The notes beneath the pieces are model-generated. The model saw nothing but the letters and a program-made list of their open reading frames with translations. It searched no databases and was not told the origin of the DNA. Position numbers and translations under genes: made by a program. DNA of 64,000 nt from a virus, in the IMG/VR virus record IMGVR_UViG_3300032309_001546, positions 81,920 through 145,919 of that record. One strand, 5' to 3'. Shown here piece after piece: positions 10,247-19,200 of the stretch. Position 1 is the first letter of the stretch, and every line of letters begins with the position of its first letter.

Positions 10247-10333
10247 TGATTCAGCCTTTGTGGCTACTGGACATGACACCCAATAGGTTATCCTACCAAC
10301 GGGCAGGTTACAGGCTGTTGACCTATTGGACTA

Positions 10334-10897
10334 CTAGTTCTCTGGGAAGATGTTTCCCAGCAGAAACTCTTGACATTCCAGTCGGGAGCTGGGCTCGTAG
10401 TAAGGAGCGAGTTCAGGATCACGGGCGTTGACCTTGGCTCTCTTGGCCTTGATCTGTTCCCTGAAATCCTGAAGTTCCTTGCTGCCCTTCTCCATGCGCA
10501 TGATAGAGTCTGTCTCGTTAGTGAGGACTTCTCCCCACAACTTCAGACCCTTCTTCAACGTCTCAAGGAACACGGGAGTCATGGATACCAGGTGAGCAAT
10601 CTGGTAGAAGCAATTCTCGTGGACACTGTTCTCCAAAGAGATGCCGACATCTCTCCAGCCAGTGCCATGGTCCCAGTACAGACCCTGGAACTCCAAGTCA
10701 ACTACCTGGATGGTGTTCGGAAAACTGACCTTGAAGGTCGTATCTTCCCACCTCTTGCTCCAGGGGTCCTGTTCCTTAGCGGAGTAGAAGTTCTTCGTGC
10801 TCTTCTGGACAACCTCGATGTTCCAATCATGCTCTTCACAGATACTCTCCAGAGTCTTCTGGATGATAAAGTCAAGGACAATGTCTTTCATGTTCAT
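10334..10897 (-). CDS. hypothetical protein
   Basis: ~185-aa ORF, start approximate. Confidence 0.7.
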   Translation of the reverse strand: MNMKDIVLDFIIQKTLESICEEHDWNIEVVQKSTKNFYSAKEQDPWSKRWEDTTFKVSFPNTIQVVDLEFQGLYWDHGTGWRDVGISLENSVHENCFYQIAHLVSMTPVFLETLKKGLKLWGEVLTNETDSIMRMEKGSKELQDFREQIKAKRAKVNARDPELAPYYEPSSRLECQEFLLGNIFPEN

Positions 10898-11023
10898 TCT
10901 CCAGTAAAGAGGTAACATTACCTCTGAGGTTATAAAAAGTGCTCCAGTTTACAGACATGGAGCAAGGTCACGGGACACCATTATTTGTGCTCCCCTATAC
11001 TAGGCTGTTTCTCACCTAGTAAT

Positions 11024-11094
11024 TCAATCATATGGGAATCGAACCCATAACTAGATATCCATAATGGTATATCTAGCGTCACCAGACTAATCAA
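11024..11094 (-). ncRNA. tRNA-like mini-element 2
   Basis: TATGGG-TTCGATT-CCCATA T arm, CTAGATAT/ATATCTAG long stem, TCTGGTGA D-like loop, G-U-rich acceptor. Confidence 0.5.
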
Positions 11095-11140
11095 AAGGGT
11101 ACGGGTCGTCTTATTTGCTAGCGTGCGAACCCCTTCCCAG

Positions 11141-11350
11141 TCGTTACTAGCGAACTAGTAACCACCCCATGTCTATATAACTACTAGGGCAGGGGTCCCT
11201 AATAATTAGCCCATGTTTACTCTCATTACTCGCGGCAGGGCTCCGCCAGTAATAAACCCTATGTTTATCTCGTTACTAGAAGCAAGGGACTAACTAGTAA
11301 CCACCCCGTGTTCATCTTGTCCATTAGTGGCTGAGGCCCACTAACAGCCA
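11141..11350 (-). repeat. five degenerate hairpin units joined by RTRRACAYRGG linkers
   Basis: GTTACTAG/CTAGTAAC stem occurs twice; linkers TAAACATGGG, TAAACATAGG, TAGACATGGG, TGAACACGGG. Confidence 0.65.
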
Positions 11351-11551
11351 GCCTATCTTTATAGCCAGGTTTGCAACCCTGACACCCCTAGGTTTCCATG
11401 AACGGTAGGCGCGTTCATGTGTTTCTAGAAGGATTAGAAGGTGACGTCTTGCAGTACGAACAATAGGGTTTACATCCCCTACTATTCGCAATGTAACCTG
11501 CGTGACGCCGTAAACTTGTGAGCATTTTATAGACCTACTCAGGTCTGAGGA

Positions 11552-11758
11552 TTACACGAAGAAGCGACGAGCCACGTGAACGGCCTCAATGAGAGACTCA
11601 GAACCAGTGCTGGCATCTTCCTCGTATTCCTCGAAATCGACAAACTCTTCAGGACTGTCCGGGCGATGGCTCCAGTCGATGCGGTCAATGACCTCATCTT
11701 CGCTACCGACAGGAATGTTGAAGCAATCCTCAAAAGACACGAACTCAACAGGGACCAT
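11552..11758 (-). CDS. small acidic protein
   Basis: 68 aa, GGAG RBS, very D/E-rich. Confidence 0.65.
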   Translation of the reverse strand: MVPVEFVSFEDCFNIPVGSEDEVIDRIDWSHRPDSPEEFVDFEEYEEDASTGSESLIEAVHVARRFFV

Positions 11759-11844
11759 GACAGACTCCGTTTGTTACGAAGACACACATAATGTCTTCAC
11801 CATGAAAGGCGAGCGCAGCGAGCCTAATACTGTGTAGCGGAGTA

Positions 11845-11881
11845 AAAATAAAACCCCAACACATCCTACTGTGCTGGGGTT
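11845..11881 (-). terminator. intrinsic terminator closing the ~400-nt non-coding unit
   Basis: AACCCCAGCACA...TGTGTTGGGGTT followed by TTATTTTT. Confidence 0.75.
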
Positions 11882-12272
11882 CTATCTCTCTATCTCGCAT
11901 TAGGACACTAGCAGGGTCACTACTAGTTACGAGTCTATCAGCCCAAGAGGAGGCTTATCCAAATCGTAATGCGGAATTGGCAACCGCACCTGTCTACTTA
12001 CACTAGAACCCGACAGGCCCTTTCTAGTGCTTTGATACCCGACAACTACTGGTGTGGTATCTACTGGAGTCTTGAGCCCAGTCTACTCTCCTCCTGGGTA
12101 CGCCTAACTAGGCTCACCATGCTCCCCCGAGGTTGGGAACATGGGTACGGGGCGCGTAACTGCCCCTTCCCAGTTTTTATGTTAAGCGGACTGGGAACCG
12201 CCCCTGTCTGATACATACCAGAAGCCGACAGGCCTCATCTGGTACGAGTAGCGGTAGCTACTATCCGCCATG
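11882..12272 (-). ncRNA. candidate structured ncRNA with two related H-type pseudoknots
   Basis: No minus-strand ORF; consecutive hairpins; repeated loop GGCCTGTCGG with downstream AGACAGG. Confidence 0.55.
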
Positions 12273-12401
12273 TGAGGCGAGCGCAGCGAGCCTAATAGAA
12301 TCCTATTACCTGGACTCTGTCTGGCCATACTAGTAATGCAACTATTTTTGGCCGACCCTAGTAAAGGGGTTTCCCCCCGAGTAGGGGGGTTTCGTGGGGG
12401 T

Positions 12402-12445
12402 AAAAAAGTTCCCCTCCCACACTGTAAGTGTGAGAGGGGGGTTCT
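12402..12445 (-). terminator. intrinsic terminator of the SSB-like gene
   Basis: CCCCTCTCACAC-TTACA-GTGTGGGAGGGG then AACTTTTTT. Confidence 0.75.
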
Positions 12446-12925
12446 CTAGTCCCAGTCGCCAGCAACAGGGGCGGACTTGCGGGCGGCAGGCTTGGCGGCG
12501 GGCTTGGCAGGCCTCGCGGGAGCCTTGGCAGCGGGCTTGGCGGGTGCCTTGGCGGGCTCCTCGACAACACCGTGACGACGCATAAGCGCCTTCTCGGTGG
12601 CCAAGAGACGAATCTGGGCCTTGCTGTACACGATGAGCCTGGTGGCGTTGTGCCAGGCCTTGTCATCGCTCTGCCAGGACTCCGTCTCGAGGCCTGCCCC
12701 GTCGATGTGCACGAAATTGTACCCGCTCTCGTCCGCCTTTGCGACGAACCAGTTCACGAGCTCCTGGCCGACCAGACGCACCCGCGTCCAGTTGGTGTCC
12801 TCCGTCCCGTAGGACGAACTGACCGAGAAGTCCGCGTACTTTCCGCTGGCCCCGATCACGGGCTGCTTGCCCATGTAGCCGAAGCCCGAGACCTTGAGGG
12901 TGAGAAACTTGCGATTCTGTTCCAT
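12446..12925 (-). CDS. divergent SSB-like OB-fold protein
   Basis: TNWTRVRLVG and LETESWQ match the SSB pattern; AKPA linker; acidic-aromatic tail GDWD; GGAG RBS. Confidence 0.65.
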   Translation of the reverse strand: MEQNRKFLTLKVSGFGYMGKQPVIGASGKYADFSVSSSYGTEDTNWTRVRLVGQELVNWFVAKADESGYNFVHIDGAGLETESWQSDDKAWHNATRLIVYSKAQIRLLATEKALMRRHGVVEEPAKAPAKPAAKAPARPAKPAAKPAARKSAPVAGDWD

Positions 12926-12969
12926 TGACGTTCTCCGTGGTAAGTGAGCCAAAGGCGGCTCATCATGAA

Positions 12970-13140
12970 AGGCGAGCGCAGCGATGCCTGTGCTGCGGCG
13001 TTGTTGCTGTTGCCTGCGTAGCGCAGCGGAGCAGGCTGTGTTGCTACCTGCGGAGCGCAGCGAAGCAGGGTAACCACGTAGCGCAGCGGAGTGGTGTGTC
13101 CTGTGGTTCTGATGAGCGTAGCGCAGCGGAGTGAATCAGA
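12970..13140 (+). repeat. cluster of five GC-GCA-GC triloop hairpins with GA/GNA internal mismatches
   Basis: 12970-12989, 13013-13035, 13047-13069, 13073-13095, 13108-13140; single copies at 6019, 8033, 11807, 12275. Confidence 0.85.
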
Positions 13141-13211
13141 GGCGAGGACTCGGCGCAGCCCAGCGGAGTATCTGGACTTTTTTACGACTATTTGTACTAT
13201 TTTTGTATTAT

Positions 13212-13238
13212 AGAAAGAATAGCCCATTGCTGGGCTAC
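13212..13238 (-). terminator. intrinsic terminator of the giant ORF
   Basis: TAGCCCA-GCAA-TGGGCTA then TTCTTTC. Confidence 0.8.
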
Positions 13239-13250
13239 TCAATCTAATGG

Positions 13251-16200
13251 CTACTTCTTACCCGTGATACGGTTAAGACGTGCCGCGACACCGGCCTTCT
13301 TCTCCGAGGGAGCAGGGGCGGGCTTCTCTTCAGCCTCAACCTCGGCGTCGAAGTCATTGGGATCGATGAAGATAATCTTCAGGCCCGACTCTTCAGCGTA
13401 ATCAACCGCATTCTTTGTACCGCCAGTGCTGCCATCCCAGACAGCAATGACGATATCGGCGCAGTCAATCATCTGCATGTTACGGCGCTGCATGCAGAAC
13501 TTGTCTTCGCCATAGGTCTTCTCGCTGACCTGGACGACTTCGCTGGCAACTTCCAGCATGTTCCAGTAGCGCTGCTTGGCTTCGCGGGGCCACATAGCCT
13601 CCTGCTCTACACAGGGGATCATGACCGTGAACGGGATACCCATCTCGTGCGCAATCTCTGCCGCATCCTGGTCAACGCCAAGGGCACCGCCAGTGATTAG
13701 CCAGAGCTTCTCACCGTGCTTGGCAAGACCACGCTCAAGCTGAGCCGCAATCTGTTCACGTACCCAGATGCGCTTCTCCGCATTGGGATTGTATCCGCCG
13801 ATCTTGTCGGGACGGTGACCAGTGAAGGCCACAAAGAAGTACTCCGTCTCTTCGGCTTCAACTTCCTCAGTTGCAGCCGCGATCTTAACCTTGAAGGGAT
13901 CGACATACAGCATACCGGGCTTGTAGTCTGCATACCCTTCGGGGCGGTTGTTGTGGGTAGACTTCGCGCCCGCAGGAGGATTCGGCAGAGTGCTGACATC
14001 CCGCTTCTGGATGTAAAGCATTACTCCATCAAGTCGGGCTTCGTCATACCAGGCTTGAGGGCCCTTCTGGCGGATCTGCCACTCGCTAAGGTCAACGCTA
14101 TCAGCATCAAACTCGATGTAGGGGCCATGGTCCCCGTACACAATGCGTGCGTACTCGGTTGCAATAATGCTTCCATTCGGGGTTTGGATTTCCCCATCAA
14201 AGCCCTGACCATCCTCACGGAGTCCGAGTTTGGCTTCGACTTCACGCTTGTCGGCTTCGCGATTAGGCAAACCAAGCGTTGTGGACTTGAAGTCTTCGGA
14301 CTCTTCGTCTTCGGCAACAGGGCACACAGCGGCCATCGAGGGGCCATTGTCTTCGTATCTGGCTTCGCAGGTCGGGCAGAGACCGGCCACGAAATCCCCC
14401 TCGACTTTGCAGTCCTCACAGGCATTTGTGCAAATGCGGCAGCCAGCGCCCTCGCACACTTCGCACACAGATGTGGGGATGGACTCTTCTGCTTCTTCCT
14501 CAGTCTTGTTGGCAAGGCGCAGCAGGACGTCAGCGTGGCAGGCTTCGGGTGCACAATGGCAAATCAACGACTTGCCAGTAAGTTCTCCGAGGCTATCCAT
14601 GAGATTAACCTGTGCCTTCACCCAAGCCTCGTACTTGGCAATGACTTCCTCACGGTTGCCATCGCGGCCAAGGACGAAGGGATTACCCCACTTGCTGGGA
14701 CGGCCAACGTATACCGCACCGGAAGGAATATCCTTATCTGCCCGGTTGTAGACGGCAGGTGCAGCGTTAGCAACGACCGGAGCGCTAGCCTCAGTGGCTT
14801 CAGACTCTTCGTCTTCGCTGTCCACCCAGCAATCGGTGTAATCGAAGCGGTCGCTGCTCTTGGCCTTCTCGTCTTCCTCAAAGACCTCGGACTCTTCCTC
14901 TTCGTCACCGTACTGGCTAGGGTCGAAGTCCGGGTTCTCTTCACCGAAGTCCGGCTCTTCTGCATCTTCCGGCTCGGGCATCTCGTCAGCGTCCTCCGAG
15001 ATGTCATACTCGTGCGAGGGCTCATCCTCGTAACCCTCCTCGTACGTATCCTCTTCAGGCTCATCACCAGAGAAGACATCGTTGAGATCCTCTTCGCCTC
15101 CACCCTGAGGACCGTTGTCGTCGCCAAGGAAGGTGAGGATCAGGAAGCTGTTCAAGCCCTGAGGCGCGAACCTGGTGCCAACAGCCACGGTGCGACCCAT
15201 GACAGTTTTACCATTCTCGTCCTTGGTCTTGATGTCGGGGTTCCACTCGGTAACCCACTCACGCTCCACAAGCTCTGCCTTCACCGCAGTACCCGGGAAG
15301 ATCTCGATCAAGCGACGCAGGAAACCGAATGAGTCAGCAGCTTCAAGCGTGCTCATAGCGTTGAAGCTGTCGAGCTCAGCCTGCGCTTCTGCGATCTTTG
15401 TCTCGCTGGGCTTCTTGGCCTTCTTCAAGTCAGCCAGTGCGTGACGAAGCTCCTCACCCTTGTTCTTCCGACGAAGCTCGATCTGACGACCGATTTCGCT
15501 GACAGTCGCAAGCTGACCCTCAAAGCCATTGGCCTCTCGACCATCGCTGATGCGCACGCCGGGCAGGCTGAGAAGACCATCGATCCCCCAGCCAAGCTTC
15601 TCGCCGTCACCGCCGAAGCCACCGCAGTTCTTCTCACCACGGATGTAGGCGAGGAGAGCTTCTGCGTCCTGGCGTACCGTCGGGGTACCACCCTTGCCCA
15701 AGTAGAGAGCAAGCTGACGGGCTTCACCGAGGCTGTTATCGTCGAGGCCGTTGATTGCGGCAATGCCATTGCTGGACATCCAGTCCGTGAGGTATTCCCA
15801 GGGACCGCCGACGAAGAACGCAGTGGTAGCGATACCGCCATTCGCCTTAAGGTTGCCATTGGCATCCTCGGTGATGGTGATCTCAAGAGCCTGTGGCTTC
15901 GCATCCTTGCCGACCTTCTTGGCCTTCTCAGCAGGCTGCAGGTAACGATTGGCAAAGGCAAGCCAGGCCATCTTCACAGCAGCGTCGCGGTCTTCAGCCT
16001 CAAAGTTCTTGAGGATGTACGACTCGATCTGGGAGTCTACGAGTTCAATCGCCGCTCTGATGGGCATCGCCGAGTAGGCCAGCCAGAGTGCCTTCTTGGC
16101 ACGCGAGATGTTGCCGCCAGCCAGCATTGCACTGACGACCCTGTAACGACGGTTGCTCTCGTGGCCTGCAGGAGCCATGATCTTGTGGATCAGTTCCTGG

Positions 16201-19200
16201 TTGGTCCAAGCCTGGAGGTTCTTGAAGCTACCGGGGCTCCAGTTCCAGTAGAGCCAGGCCTCGGTCTCTTCGCCAGGGGCCTCGTCTTCCGTGCGACCAA
16301 GCCAAGCAGTGAGCGTCTGGTGCAGGACGTTCTGGCGACCAGCTTCCCACTGAGCATTGGCGAGGGATTCGACCTCATCGATGCACCACTGGCGGTAGTC
16401 AGCCCAGAGGGTGTAGACCTTCGAGCTAAGCTCACCAGCGACGAGGTGGGTAACGATCTCGCCTTCTTCGTTGCGGACGGGAGCGGTCACCTTCGTGCCA
16501 TTCTCGAACAGGGGCTGCATGTCTTCACCGAGGACAGCAACACGCTTGGCCGGGTCGACGAACAAGCTCTTCGCACCAAGGCTGAGCTTCCGCAGAACGG
16601 CAGGCACGAATGCCCAACCTTCACGGCCCTTGCCTTCGGTGACAAGGTCAAGCCAGACCTGGTAGACCTGCACCATCCGGTAGGATGCCCAGGCTTCAGC
16701 GTAACCCGTCATCTTGACCGCTGCGTCAACGATGTCGGACAACGTCACGCCGAAGAGGAGCGTCTCGGAGATCTCCTCACGAAGCTCCTCGAGGAAGGTA
16801 GGCAGCTTCACCCAGCCAACAGCCAGGGACATGCCGTAGATCTTCGCGTTAGCGACGATACCAATCGCCTTCTGGAAGACGTTCTCCTCCATGTTCATCA
16901 CCGACTCGTACAAGCTCTCGTGGCTCATACCAGCAGTGGTGGCTTCGACCGGCGCTTCGGGCTCCGTAACGGCGGTAATGACGAAGTTCTCCGTCTTCAC
17001 CTTGAAAGCCTGACCGAGGATCGTGGCCGCGTTGAGGCGGGTCCACAGGCTCTTGTTCTCCGGGATACCGGCGACCATCTTAGCACGGAGCGCGTTCTTC
17101 TGTGCACGCTTCTCGGCGTTGAGCTTCGCCTTATCAGCAAGAGCGGTACGCCAGGCCAGACCCTTCACGATGAGCATGGCAAGCTTACCACGCGCAGTGG
17201 GGCAGCGGTCATCATAGTCCATGCCTTCGTTTGCCTGGAGCAGGAGGACTACCGTGTCTCCGCTCGCCGTGGTGAACATGATCACCATACGGCCGCTTAC
17301 GCCGATGATGAAGATATTCAGGCTTTCCGGCAGCTCACGGATCTCCGCAACCGTGCCCGACGTTTCGCCGGTGGGGTTACGGAAGAAGATTGCCAGGTTG
17401 GGCGCGCAGTTGTTCTTCGCCCAGCGAGCAAAGTTGGTGCAGTAGACAATAAGACGACCATCAGCCGTCTTCGTCTCCAGCTCCATGGTCTGCTTCGCCT
17501 TCGTAGCAACCTCCTCAGAGTGCTGCCCTTCAGCAATCCAAGCCGCATGCAGCATCGGCCAGAGGACCGGGATGGGGTAGGTTGCCCACAAGTCGCTTCC
17601 CTCCTCGGTAACAGGAGCGATCTTCATCGAGCCAGGCTCAATGTTCTTGCTCAAGGTGCCAACCAGCTGCTGTGCCAGCATGCGGAAGGGGAGAACAGGG
17701 ATTCGCATCGCGCCGAGGAGCTTCGCAAGAACGCTGTTGCGGTTGTCCTCGACCTTGGCCTCTTCGTCGCCAGCAACGAAGTCGTCAGCATCCTCGTCCA
17801 GACCCTTCAGGAAGTCGGGGAGACGCTTCTTGGCGTAGGCGATGTAGCCAGCAATGAGCTGGTAGAACTCCTTCGAGTTGACCTCAGCTCCGAGAAGCAT
17901 AAGGATCGACTGAAGCGACATAACCGCCTTCTCCTTCGTGAGCGCCGCAGTGCCGGGGATCCAGCAAAGGGCATAGTCGTTCTGGGTAGCGGACCACTCG
18001 GTCTTCACCTCACTGGCAATGATGCAGACGCCTTCAGGGAAGTACCGAGCCGGAAGCGGGATGCACATACCCTTGATCAGACCTTCGCTGGTCAAGATAC
18101 GAGCCACCATCGGAGCGGTCAGACCCATGGCCTTCGCCACGTCGGCACGGACAAGCACAAGGCCGTCGAAGAACTTGACCAGTGCAGCGGCAATCTTGCC
18201 CAGGTCCAGGACCTTACCCGGCAGGACAACGCGGGCAGTAACCCGCGAGATCCAGTACGAGTCAGCATACTTAGCAATGCGGCCCAGGGTCTTACCCTTG
18301 AACCGCAGAGCCGCCATGCTGACCTTCTTGGCTTCGGGCGTGCAGTAGAGGGTCATACCCTTCTGCAGAACCCGAATGGTGACAAGGCCAAGCTTCTTAG
18401 CGTTGGCCACGGCATCGGTATCGTCGTCAGCGACAACGAGACCTTCGAGGAGTCCAGGGCTATCGTCAGCCGCAGGACTAGTAGCACACGCCTCCTCAAG
18501 GAAGGCTGCGAACGTGCCGGGAGTGCATACCCGGACTTTCTTGTTACCCATCTTGTTCTCCTTAGGGGTGGGTGCCCCGGTGTGCTTCGTCGAGGCCAGG
18601 ATGATTCCCGGCTTAACGGAAGCTTTGGTGTCGTTGTTGGTGCTGGTGGCTTCACCGTTTAGGTCATTGTTGACCTCGGCAAAGATATCCTCGCAAGCCG
18701 CCATAAGACGAGCTGCGATGGCTGAGATGGCGTCGCTGGGGATGCCGGCATAGAGGCGGTCATAGCCACCTCTCATGGTCAACTCGGTACCGTCCGCCTG
18801 GCAGACATTGCAGAATTGGCCCTTTGAGCCAAATCCTGCAACACCGCAACCGACGCAGGTCTCGGGCCCGCAGTCGGCTTCGCTGGGCTTAGCCTTAACC
18901 ATGGCCTCGAGCTTCGTCGCAAGGGCATTGCCCACTACAACGAACAGGATACCGACGATGCCGACGACAAACAGAAAGCCGGGTCCTGCAAGGAACTCGG
19001 CCGGGCTCTTAGCCCAAGCGGCTTCGACCGCCTGGCTGAACGTGGGTGCTGCAGCGGCGAGTACGGCGATAAGCGGGGAGCTGGCCTTCACCGCATTGCG
19101 GCGTTGGCGGCTCAGTTCCCGCTTTCTGGTGCGCTTCTGGGCATCCTCAGTCGCCGTCATGGCGAAGAAGACGCTTGCGGTATCCTGTGCGGACTTGCCC

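Noticed and set aside
11141-11350. Possible CRISPR mini-array
   Set aside because: No invariant repeat with unique spacers; units vary in sequence and length; no cas genes in the window
12225-12245. Hammerhead ribozyme core (CAGATGAG on the minus strand)
   Set aside because: Not CUGAUGA, and no matching GAAA/stem arrangement
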